From an uncultured Myxococcales bacterium (GTDB taxonomy: Bacteria > Myxococcota > Kuafuiibacteriia > Kuafuiibacteriales > Kuafuiibacteriaceae), in assembly GCA_964473255.1 (NCBI GenBank), contig CAYYOT010000012.1:17927-81926 (forward strand): DNA of 64,000 bases, read 5' to 3'. The notes below the pieces were generated by a model. That model searched no databases. It was given only the letters and a program-made list of their open reading frames with translations, and was not told the DNA's origin. Position numbers and translations under genes: made by a program. The first letter of the stretch is position 1. The number at the start of each line of letters is the position of its first letter. Positions 18,378 through 26,778 of this stretch are shown piece after piece.

Positions 18378-19358
18378 ATGACGGCCATGGGAACGCTCTC
18401 GGCCTGGCTGGTGGCCGCGGCGATCAGTGCACCCGAGTGGGTCGTGCTGACCTTCGACGGACCGAAAGATCTCGCGGAGGAACGAAGGACGTTTCGCGTG
18501 CTGTTCGATAACGCCCTTCGCGACGAGGGCCAGCGGGTGCGAGCCACCGGCGGCAGTGCCATCTGCGGCGATGCGGCGTGCGCGCTGGGCGCGGCGCAGG
18601 CCATCGGGGTCGACCGTGCGGTCGGCGGGTCTATCGGTCGCTTCGGGTCCAAGCTCATGGTCACCGCCTTTCTCGTCGACGCGGGGCGGGAGCGACAGAT
18701 GCAGTCCCGCCAGATCACCGTCGACCGCCTCGAGGATCTCGATGTGGCCGCGGTCCGCCTGGCGGCCGCCTTGGTCGGAGACTGCAGCGCCGATTCGACC
18801 GTCGAGCTCGGAAACATCACTGCGCTCGAGACCGAACCTGACCGGCGCCGGCGCGGGACGGGCGGGCTGAGTCTCCTGCTGGGCGCGATGTTTCCCCTGA
18901 GCGAGACCTACGGCGGAGCGAGCGGCGGGCTCGGCGTCGACCTCGGCTACTGGTTCGAGACGCGTCACTTCGCGATCGAGCCCACGCTCGGGTTCCGCGT
19001 CTCGACCGACGCGGGCGGCGAGCGACGCTTCTACGAGGTTCCGATCGACATCGGCGGCTACTTCATCGCCGGCCGCGGCGACGTTTCAGCGTTCTTGGGG
19101 GGCGGGGGCGGTCTGCGCTACATTTGGGTGAGAGAGCCCGGGACGGTGCGCGTGGGTTCAGTCATCCAGACCCAGCACCAGGGCGAGCTGACCGACGACC
19201 GGGCGGGCGCCGGTGTCTTCGGCCGGGCCGGTCTTCTCTTTTTGCGAACCTATCGCGTTCGTCTCTCGGTCAGCGCCCGCTACGAGGTCACGTTCATCGA
19301 GCTCAACGGCGGCGCGTTTCCCCAAGCGCTGTCCGCCCAGCTCGCGGTTCACTTCTAG
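18378..19358 (+). CDS. putative outer-membrane beta-barrel protein
   Basis: Signal peptide. Gly-rich alternating beta-pattern. C-terminal aromatic residue (…LAVHF). Confidence 0.4.
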   Translation: MTAMGTLSAWLVAAAISAPEWVVLTFDGPKDLAEERRTFRVLFDNALRDEGQRVRATGGSAICGDAACALGAAQAIGVDRAVGGSIGRFGSKLMVTAFLVDAGRERQMQSRQITVDRLEDLDVAAVRLAAALVGDCSADSTVELGNITALETEPDRRRRGTGGLSLLLGAMFPLSETYGGASGGLGVDLGYWFETRHFAIEPTLGFRVSTDAGGERRFYEVPIDIGGYFIAGRGDVSAFLGGGGGLRYIWVREPGTVRVGSVIQTQHQGELTDDRAGAGVFGRAGLLFLRTYRVRLSVSARYEVTFIELNGGAFPQALSAQLAVHF

Positions 19359-19367
19359 GAGACCGCC

Positions 19368-19820
19368 ATGAGACGCTGGATCTTCGTTCTTTTCGTGACG
19401 GTAGGCTGTGACCTCGACCTGGACCGGCCGGACCTGATCGACTACCGGTCCCCGAGCTGCCGAGGCGATGCGGCCGAAGTGGGCGGCACCTGGACCATCA
19501 CCGGCCGCGGCTCCCGCAGCGGATGTGACGACGAAAACCTGAACGCGCCAGGCCTGACCCTCGGTTCTACGGAGCTGTCGGTCACCCAGAGCGACTCCGC
19601 GCTTTTTTCCGCGGGGCCGTCCGCGGGTTTCTTTTTGTCGGGAGAAGTCGAAGGCCTGTGTGTTGGCTTCATCTCCGAGGAAACATGGGAGGACGAAACG
19701 TTGACCTATTTCTTCTCGGGAGAGGTTCGGGACTTGACGACGATCGTGGGCACCTTCGAGGGGCGAGGTCCCGAAGACTGTAAAACCGCGGGAAGTTTCG
19801 AAATCCAGCGGCGTCCGTGA
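19368..19820 (+). CDS. small lipoprotein
   Basis: Lipobox VTVGC. 150 aa. Confidence 0.4.
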   Translation: MRRWIFVLFVTVGCDLDLDRPDLIDYRSPSCRGDAAEVGGTWTITGRGSRSGCDDENLNAPGLTLGSTELSVTQSDSALFSAGPSAGFFLSGEVEGLCVGFISEETWEDETLTYFFSGEVRDLTTIVGTFEGRGPEDCKTAGSFEIQRRP

Positions 19821-19917
19821 GCGGGCGGTCTCGGCTTGCTCGAACCGGTGGGTCGCGAGACGGTATGCTGGCCGCAGCTTGACGCGGCCACACTCTAAGT
19901 TTAGAACGAGTCTAGAA

Positions 19918-20400
19918 ATGAGCGAACTAAACCCAACGAAGAACGACCTAGCCCTCGACGTCCGCACGAAGATGGTGGACCTCCTCAACGCCCGCTTGGC
20001 CGACGCCATCGATGCCCACAACATGGTGAAGCAAGCGCACTGGAACGTGAAGGGTCCCAACTTCATTGCCCTCCATGAGCTCTTTGACGAGGTCGCCGAT
20101 CGCTTGATCGAATACGTGGACACGATCGCCGAACGCGCCGTCATTCTCGGGGGCATCGCCCAGGGCACGACGCAGGCCGTGGGAGCCAATACGAGCCTCA
20201 CGCCCTATCCTCTCGAGCTGCAGAATTCAGGGAAGACGGTGGAAACGCTCTCCAACGCACTCGCCGACTTCGGAGCCAAAGTTCGAAGCTCGATCGATGC
20301 TGCCGACGAGGTGGGCGACAAAGATACCGCCGACCTGTTCACCGAGGTGTCGCGCGGCGTCGACAAGGACGTGTGGTTCATCTCGGCCCACGCCTCCTGA
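19918..20400 (+). CDS. dps: Dps (DNA protection during starvation) ferritin-like protein
   Basis: HNMVKQAHWNVKGPNFIALHELFDE ferroxidase-site signature. ATG at 19918. Confidence 0.85.
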   Translation: MSELNPTKNDLALDVRTKMVDLLNARLADAIDAHNMVKQAHWNVKGPNFIALHELFDEVADRLIEYVDTIAERAVILGGIAQGTTQAVGANTSLTPYPLELQNSGKTVETLSNALADFGAKVRSSIDAADEVGDKDTADLFTEVSRGVDKDVWFISAHAS

Positions 20401-20402
20401 GC

Positions 20403-22136
20403 CTAGTCGAACCAGCCGTGCACGTACGTGCGGCCTCTTTCGGCTTCGAAGACCCATAGGCGCCGACCCCGCTCATCGACCCCCACCCGATAGTCCCGCT
20501 GCAGGGGCTCGGCGCACCACCACTCGCCTTCGAGCCGTTCGAAGGTGGTCAACGTCAACCCGTGCTTCGAGCGCAGCGGCTCCGGATTTTCGGCCAAGCG
20601 ACTGGGGCGAGGCGGAAGCGGAGGTGGAGGTTCGTCCTCCGCTTTTCGCGGGATCGGCTTCGGCCAGGCTCGAACCGACGAGGACACGTTTTCGGTCACC
20701 GGGGCGGCACAGCCGGTGACCGACAACCGCTCATCGACGTCCGGCAGAGACGACAACTCGACCGGTTCCGACCACGGAAGTCGCACGAGTTGCGGACCGG
20801 CTGGAGAACGCTTTTCGACCCGCGGTTCCGCCAGCGCCCGTTCGAAGTCGAAGGGGACGAGCCGCCACGCGTTCTCCGGTCGATGGGTATCGACGAGCTC
20901 CGCTGCGCCCACTGCGTCGGGACCGAGGCGGGCCTGCAGCCGACTGATCAGGCCCGCAGCCTCCTCGATCTTCTTGGGCGCCCGGTGGAACAGATCGAGT
21001 TGAAGGCCGGGATCCGAGGTGACGGCCGTCGCCTCGAGGACCAAACTCCGCACGAAGCCGATCACGGCGAGCTGTTCGCGCATGATCTCGAAGATCAGCT
21101 TCGGATCGCGGGTCGGGCGCGCGAAAGAGAAAGAAAACGGCTTTCGCCGGCGCGACGAGCGGGGTCGCAGGACGCCAGCATCGACCGTCCGCTCGTGGTC
21201 GGGCTCGTAGTCCAAGACGAGCTTCACCTCGGCGGTTGCTGCGTGCCGGGCTTGGAGTCGCGCACACAAACCCGACAGCAATCGGCGCACGACGAAGAGA
21301 AGCGGTTCCAGCTCGTCGGTCCCCTGCTCCAGGTCGAACGATTCCCGAATCTCGGGCGGGGGCACGTAGGCTTCGAGAGGCCGTCGTACCTCTGCGCGTG
21401 CTCGACGCAGCAGCGTTCGCCCTGCGGCTTCGAACCGCGCGGGAAGGGCCCGCTCAAAGAGCAGCAGCATGTCGCGCACCGTCTTCCAGCCGAGCGTATG
21501 GGCGATCCGAACGGCTTCGACGAGCTTGGTTTCCTCTCGCTGGTCGGGATCCCGGCGACGATCGGTCCAGGCCAGTGCCATCAAAGGGAGCGGCGCCAGC
21601 GCTCGGCGGCTTTCTCCGGGACGCACGACGTGCTCGACCGAAGCAGGCGTCTTCGTCGCGCAACTGCGGACGAGCGTCTGCGCGGTCTCGACATCGTCGG
21701 CGATGGCGATCGCCGCTTCGTGCCCGCGCTCGGCGAGCCGCTGTCGGATCGCAACGGCGATCGACGGCTCGTCGTTCGCGCCGAGCGTAGTCGCGAGCGA
21801 GGCTCGACTGGCCGACAGCTCCATCGCGATGATGTTCGGCGGCTGAACTTCCACTTCGGAGCTGAAGAGGAGCATCGTCTCCGCCGCGGCTTCGAGTCGC
21901 TCTCGCTCGCGCTCCCTGCGCTGGTCGCGCACATCCAGGTCGGGGCATCGGGCTCGGGCTTCACTCTCCGTCATGCCGACGCGAATCCCGGCCTCGGATG
22001 CGGCGCGGTCGGCGGCGACGAGAATCCAGCGGCCCCGAACCCATGCCCGGACTCCGCGAGGCATCACGGGCGACGCCCCTTCGAACGCACACTCCAACGG
22101 CAGAGCCGCCAGCTCCACCACACCCACTCGAACCAT
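20403..22136 (-). CDS. imuB: ImuB (Y-family polymerase-like mutasome subunit)
   Basis: N-terminal VVELAALPLECAFEG like ImuB (MLWLALHLP.LPLEA). About 570 aa with a Pro-rich C-terminal region. The true start is possibly GTG at V6/V7. Confidence 0.7.
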   Translation of the reverse strand: MVRVGVVELAALPLECAFEGASPVMPRGVRAWVRGRWILVAADRAASEAGIRVGMTESEARARCPDLDVRDQRRERERERLEAAAETMLLFSSEVEVQPPNIIAMELSASRASLATTLGANDEPSIAVAIRQRLAERGHEAAIAIADDVETAQTLVRSCATKTPASVEHVVRPGESRRALAPLPLMALAWTDRRRDPDQREETKLVEAVRIAHTLGWKTVRDMLLLFERALPARFEAAGRTLLRRARAEVRRPLEAYVPPPEIRESFDLEQGTDELEPLLFVVRRLLSGLCARLQARHAATAEVKLVLDYEPDHERTVDAGVLRPRSSRRRKPFSFSFARPTRDPKLIFEIMREQLAVIGFVRSLVLEATAVTSDPGLQLDLFHRAPKKIEEAAGLISRLQARLGPDAVGAAELVDTHRPENAWRLVPFDFERALAEPRVEKRSPAGPQLVRLPWSEPVELSSLPDVDERLSVTGCAAPVTENVSSSVRAWPKPIPRKAEDEPPPPLPPRPSRLAENPEPLRSKHGLTLTTFERLEGEWWCAEPLQRDYRVGVDERGRRLWVFEAERGRTYVHGWFD

Positions 22137-22149
22137 ACATGTGTTCAGT
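22133..22149. promoter_or_regulatory. putative LexA operator at the imuB 5' end
   Basis: CCATACATGTGTTCAGT matches CTRHAMRYBYGTTCAGS at 15 of 17 positions. Confidence 0.4.
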
Positions 22150-22245
22150 AGGATCGAGGTTTAGACCCCGTGAAGAGATCGGAAGCCCCGCGTTTCGCGA
22201 TTACGACCAGGGGATCCGATCTATGACGGACATATTCTGTCTGCT

Positions 22246-24222
22246 CTAGGGCACGAAGGCCGCGCGGATCGTGCCCCCCTGCTCGACGACCAGCGCCTGA
22301 TTCGCCCGCACGTCTCCCAGGCTTTGGACCTCGCCATCCGGCCAGTCGATCGTCACGTCGGCCGCCCCGGTGTCGCCGCCCAGTCCGAAGTGGAGCCAAC
22401 GACTGGGCTGCGTGTTGTAGTGACCTTCACCGCCGACGACCTGTCGAATCTGAGAGCCGACCGATGTTCGCAACCTGACCTTCGCCCCGACGGCATCACG
22501 CAGCGTCCGACCTTCGAGTCGAACGCGGAGCCATCGACCCACTCCGGCATCGTTTCTGAAGACACGCCAGCGGCTCGGATTGGCCTCGGTTCGAAAACGG
22601 CCGCCGGGCATGAAGAAATCGAGATCTCCATCGCCGTCGAGGTCGGTCCAAAGGGTCGGCCCGGGCCGAGCGATGTCGATGCCGGTCGTGGCCTGAGCCT
22701 GCCGCACGAAGACCTGATCGTCACCTTGACGATAGAGCTCCAGCTTCGTTCCTCCCCGAAGGCGCGAGACCGCCAGGTCCAGCCGACCATCCTGATCGAC
22801 ATCGACCCACGCGGCGTGGATCTCGTCTTCCGCCCATTCCAACCCGCGTACGCGACTCTCCTCGGCGAACGCCGTGCCGTCGCCCGGGTTCACGAACAGG
22901 AGAGTCCGGTCGCTCTGCAGATAGTCGGGATGCCCGATGGTGGGCGTGATCAGGTCGAAGTCCCCGTCGTTGTCGAAGTCGCCGAAGCTGCAGCCAAAAC
23001 CGTTGCCCCCGATCGGGACCGGCCAGCGCCGGCCCCCGAAGTCCAGGGGGGGCTCGTTCTCGATCAGCGAGCGCGGATCGAATCGATCGGTGACGGTCCC
23101 CCTCAGGGTCGCCGAAACACCGAGCTCGGCACCCACGTCGACCAGCTGGAGCTCACCATCGTTTCGCCAGAGGAGGTTGTGGTCCCAGTAGCGGGGAGGA
23201 CTGCCGAGAGCCGGTCGACCTGCACCGTAGTTGTGGACGAATAGGTCCACGTCACCGTCATCGTCATAGTCGGCCATCGCCAGTCCGTAGGCTGCACGAC
23301 CGGTGGTTTCGGGATTTTCGTCGGGGGGCTCGGATGCGGTCAGGGGGTTCAGCTGAGCCGGCAGCTCTACCGGCCGGAACGAGCCATCACCGAGGTTTTC
23401 GTAGAACCGGTCGAGGGTGGGGTCGGTCTGACCGATCGCACCGTCGCTCCGCAGGATCTGCGCATAGAAGTGGCCGACGTAGAGGTCGAGGTCGGCATCA
23501 CCGTCCAGGTCGACGAGTGCGACCGCTGCGGGTTCATGGTGGACTCGGCCGGCCAAGCTCACCCGAATGAGAGACGGCAGGAGCCCTCTCGTTCCGGCGA
23601 AGGTGAAGCGACCCCGACCATCGTTGAGCCACACGCCATCCTCGCCTTGCCGGGACCGGACCCCGGTCAGCGCGACCAGGTCGGCATCGCCGTCACCGTC
23701 GACGTCGCCGAAAACGGCGAGGGTCATCTCGGCTTCGGCCAGGCCGCTATCCGCCGTGATATCGTCGAAGCCGAAGCCGCCGTCACCGGCGCGGTTTCGG
23801 AAGAGGCGAGGACGGAGAGGCGTCGACGTCACGGGGACGGTGAAGAGATCGTCGTGACCGTCTCCATTCACGTCGACGAGCATCGCCCGGGAGTCCGGTC
23901 CGACGTCGACGAAGCCGGCAGTGGGGCTGACCTCCGCGAACCAGGGGGCTTCGAGGGCAGCGACGGTCGTCGTCGTGATCGGACCGACGTGCTGATAGAA
24001 GGCGGGCTCCGTCGCGGCGTCGGCTCCGCCAGCCCCGGCGTCGGTCGAGGACGCACCATCCACCACCGACGCATCGAGCCCCGAAGATGCATCCGGTCGT
24101 ACCACGGCATCGGCGGCCGGCGCTCGGTCGCCCGCTCCTGCCGCGTCGACGCCTCTCACGTCGGTCGCCGAGTCTCCGCAACCGACGACAAAGATGAGCG
24201 CTGCCCAGCTCGATACCCGCAC
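22246..24222 (-). CDS. CRTAC1-family FG-GAP/VCBS repeat lipoprotein (paralog of the 14959 gene)
   Basis: Lipobox FVVGC after a GTG at about 24222. The track N-terminus is Arg-rich junk that overlaps the upstream gene. FG-GAP DxDGDGD motifs. C-terminal UnbV-like segment. Confidence 0.55.
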   Translation of the reverse strand: MRVSSWAALIFVVGCGDSATDVRGVDAAGAGDRAPAADAVVRPDASSGLDASVVDGASSTDAGAGGADAATEPAFYQHVGPITTTTVAALEAPWFAEVSPTAGFVDVGPDSRAMLVDVNGDGHDDLFTVPVTSTPLRPRLFRNRAGDGGFGFDDITADSGLAEAEMTLAVFGDVDGDGDADLVALTGVRSRQGEDGVWLNDGRGRFTFAGTRGLLPSLIRVSLAGRVHHEPAAVALVDLDGDADLDLYVGHFYAQILRSDGAIGQTDPTLDRFYENLGDGSFRPVELPAQLNPLTASEPPDENPETTGRAAYGLAMADYDDDGDVDLFVHNYGAGRPALGSPPRYWDHNLLWRNDGELQLVDVGAELGVSATLRGTVTDRFDPRSLIENEPPLDFGGRRWPVPIGGNGFGCSFGDFDNDGDFDLITPTIGHPDYLQSDRTLLFVNPGDGTAFAEESRVRGLEWAEDEIHAAWVDVDQDGRLDLAVSRLRGGTKLELYRQGDDQVFVRQAQATTGIDIARPGPTLWTDLDGDGDLDFFMPGGRFRTEANPSRWRVFRNDAGVGRWLRVRLEGRTLRDAVGAKVRLRTSVGSQIRQVVGGEGHYNTQPSRWLHFGLGGDTGAADVTIDWPDGEVQSLGDVRANQALVVEQGGTIRAAFVP

Positions 24223-24272
24223 GAGACGACAAAGGCCGAGGAGACCACGACCGGCAACCCCTTTTCCCGGAG

Positions 24273-24881
24273 TCAGCGACGGCTGCCGATCGGCCGGGCG
24301 GGGACCCCGGCGACGATCGCCCCCGGCTCGACGTCTCGGGTGACGACGGCGCCCATCCCGACCACCGCGCCGTCCCCGATCATCACACCGTCGGTGATGC
24401 CGGCGCCGCTTCCGACCCACACGTCACGACCGATGCGGATCCCTCGGGACCGCACCGGCTGCTCCCGGATCGTGCGCTCGGGGGACAAGCCGTGATCGAA
24501 CGCGTAGGCGCGAACGCCCGACGCCAGACGACTATCGTCGCCGATGTCGATCCCCGCCGAACCGCCGTCGAGATGAACGCGCGGATTGATGCTCACGCGC
24601 CGACCCAACCGGACCGGGCCGTGAACGAAAGCCTCGGCCGCCACGAAGCTGTGGGCCCCGATGACGACGGCCCGCCCCGGTTCGGCAAAGATCCTCGCCT
24701 CGGGAGCGATGAACGCGGTGGCATCGACGGACACCGTTTCCAGCGTCATGAGTCGAGCCCTCACCCGGGCCTGCCAGGGCTCGGCCCACGCTCGATGCTC
24801 GGGCTTGAGGCGCGCGTAGAGCCACGGCATCCAAGACAGACGTCGCCGGTGCTGTACGCGATACCGTCGAGCATCGGTCAT
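24273..24881 (-). CDS. hexapeptide-repeat (left-handed beta-helix) acetyltransferase
   Basis: [LIV]GxxxxIxxGxxIG hexapeptide repeats (IGDDSRLASGVRAY, IGRDVWVGSGAGI). ATG overlaps the upstream stop (ATGA). Confidence 0.7.
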   Translation of the reverse strand: MTDARRYRVQHRRRLSWMPWLYARLKPEHRAWAEPWQARVRARLMTLETVSVDATAFIAPEARIFAEPGRAVVIGAHSFVAAEAFVHGPVRLGRRVSINPRVHLDGGSAGIDIGDDSRLASGVRAYAFDHGLSPERTIREQPVRSRGIRIGRDVWVGSGAGITDGVMIGDGAVVGMGAVVTRDVEPGAIVAGVPARPIGSRR

Positions 24882-25756
24882 GGGGCGGACTCGAGACGAA
24901 GCCCCACGGGGTCGATGCCGACGGGAAGGCGTTCGATGCCGACGTCCCGCCCGAGCTGGTCGGCATCGACGTCGGCGGGAAGCCAGGCCACGGCCACGTC
25001 GCCGCCCCCGGCGCCCGATGTCTTGGCCACGCCGCCGCGGTTCATCGCCGCCCGCGCGAGGGCCTGCGCGGACTCGGTGACGATGGGAACGCCGGCGGAG
25101 GATCCGAGTCCGTCGAGCGCACGGAGGTAGCGGGCCACCGCGCTGCGAAATGGATCGAACCGGCCACGGGCGTAGGCCGTGATCCCTTCTTCGGCCAGCT
25201 CGACCAGCACAGCGTGCCAGCGCTCCCAGTCGGGACTGGCCCGGCACTTGGCCACCAACTCCGACGTCGTGACCGGCGGCCCCAGCCGGAAGACGTGAAG
25301 CGTGACGTTGGCGAAGCCGCTTCGTGCGGGCGCCACTGGACCGGGTTGACGCCCGAGCACCACGACCCCCCCGTGATAGCTGGCGGCGACATCGACCCCG
25401 CTGCCCGTCCCTCCCGAAGCGACGGCGTGACCGGCGAGAGCAACCGAGAGAACCTCGTCGTCGGTCGACGCGAGCAGGATGGCGGCCGACGTCACCGCGG
25501 TCGCCGCCGATGACCCGAATCCGTACTTTCGGCCGTGGTCGTCTCGGAACGCGCGCGTGTCGACATGGACGCCGCGCTCGGCCGCGGGGCTCCCGATCGA
25601 CGACCGGACGCCGGCGATCACCGGAGACTCGGTTCCCCCGGGCGGCATGGCCCGCGCGTGTGCGCGAACGTCGACCGCGGCCACCAGAGCTCGGCCAGCC
25701 TGCGTGACGGCGTACTCGCCCAAGAGCAGCACCTTGCCCGGCGCCGAAACGATCAC
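24878..25756 (-). CDS. phosphomevalonate kinase (GHMP kinase family)
   Basis: VIVSAPGKVLLLGEYAV N-terminal motif (GEYA is PMK-like rather than MK GEHA). GHMP motif YGFGSSAA. Likely GTG start overlapping the mvaD stop (GTGA). Confidence 0.55.
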   Translation of the reverse strand: MIVSAPGKVLLLGEYAVTQAGRALVAAVDVRAHARAMPPGGTESPVIAGVRSSIGSPAAERGVHVDTRAFRDDHGRKYGFGSSAATAVTSAAILLASTDDEVLSVALAGHAVASGGTGSGVDVAASYHGGVVVLGRQPGPVAPARSGFANVTLHVFRLGPPVTTSELVAKCRASPDWERWHAVLVELAEEGITAYARGRFDPFRSAVARYLRALDGLGSSAGVPIVTESAQALARAAMNRGGVAKTSGAGGGDVAVAWLPADVDADQLGRDVGIERLPVGIDPVGLRLESAP

Positions 25757-26757
25757 GACCGGCCTTCGACGAGGCTCGCGTCGCCCCCCGGCCGGCACGA
25801 CCGGATCTCGTCGACGCCGTCCGCGCCCCGGAGTTCCGCCGCAACTTCGTCGACTCGGGAGAGCGGAGTGAACACGACGACGTGCGGACCGGCGTCGATG
25901 GTGAAACACACGGGGACGCCGTCGGCGCGCATCCCTCGTACTCGATGGATCAGCGAAACGGTGGGCGGCTCGAAGTACACGAGACCCGGGCGAGCCGCAA
26001 AAGCGTTGGCGTGCATCGCCAAGCAGTTGCCCTCCACGATCGCGGCCAGCGCGTCGAAGTCCGCCTCGCGGAGCGCGGTCTCGGCGCGGTCGAGGTCGAC
26101 GGCGACGAGCTTCAGCCAAGCCTCGTGGTACGGGCTGGTCGTTCGCGTCAGCTCCATGCCGTCGGTCGAGCCCACCGACTTCGGGGTCGACCGTACGACG
26201 CACACGACCGCCCCGAGCTCCAGGCGCGAACCGAGGACTGGCTCGGCATACGGGTCAGGCTCTTCCCCTCGGATCTTGACCAGCCCCCCGAAGATCGACC
26301 GGGCGGCGCTTCCCGAGCCTCGACGCGCTAGCCGACTGAGCTCGCGTCGGTCGGGGGTCGCACCGAATGCTGCGGTCGCCGCCACGGCCAGCGCGGCGAA
26401 GGCCGAGGCCGAAGACGCCAATCCCGCGGCGGTCGGGAAGTCGTTTCGACTCTCGACCCGCACGCGTTCCGTGCGGCCGGTCGCCCGGCGAACGATGTCC
26501 ACGAAACGAGACACCCGGGCGAGAGCCCGACCCGACTGGGGCTGGCCGTCCAGCACCAGAGCATCGTCGCCGGCCTCCGGTGCCAGCTCCACGGTGGTCT
26601 CGGTATCCAGGCCCTGGAGCGTCAGCGACAGACTTCCGGCGGCGGGTACGTTGTCGTGGACCGTCCGCTTTCCCCAGTACTTGACCAGGGCGATGTTGGC
26701 GTGGGCTCGGGCCGTGGCCATGGAGCGAAGGCTGTCCCGCGGTGACGCTCGAGCCAA
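25753..26757 (-). CDS. mvaD: diphosphomevalonate decarboxylase
   Basis: ANIALVKYWGKR and GLASSASAFAAL signatures. Track start is TTG. An ATG (MATARAH) lies 12 codons in. Confidence 0.8.
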   Translation of the reverse strand: MARASPRDSLRSMATARAHANIALVKYWGKRTVHDNVPAAGSLSLTLQGLDTETTVELAPEAGDDALVLDGQPQSGRALARVSRFVDIVRRATGRTERVRVESRNDFPTAAGLASSASAFAALAVAATAAFGATPDRRELSRLARRGSGSAARSIFGGLVKIRGEEPDPYAEPVLGSRLELGAVVCVVRSTPKSVGSTDGMELTRTTSPYHEAWLKLVAVDLDRAETALREADFDALAAIVEGNCLAMHANAFAARPGLVYFEPPTVSLIHRVRGMRADGVPVCFTIDAGPHVVVFTPLSRVDEVAAELRGADGVDEIRSCRPGGDASLVEGRS

Positions 26758-26778
26758 CCGGGAAAAGGAGCAAACCGA

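Noticed and set aside
20562-22151. 529-aa plus-strand ORF
   Set aside because: It is antisense to imuB and is Arg-rich junk.
22137-22245. Space for imuA upstream of imuB
   Set aside because: At only about 110 bp it is too short for any ImuA-like ORF.
24222-24420. N-terminal 66 codons of the 724-aa track ORF (MGRKRRRHHRR...)
   Set aside because: This segment overlaps the upstream same-strand acetyltransferase gene and is Arg-rich. The lipobox-consistent GTG start at about 24222 is preferred.
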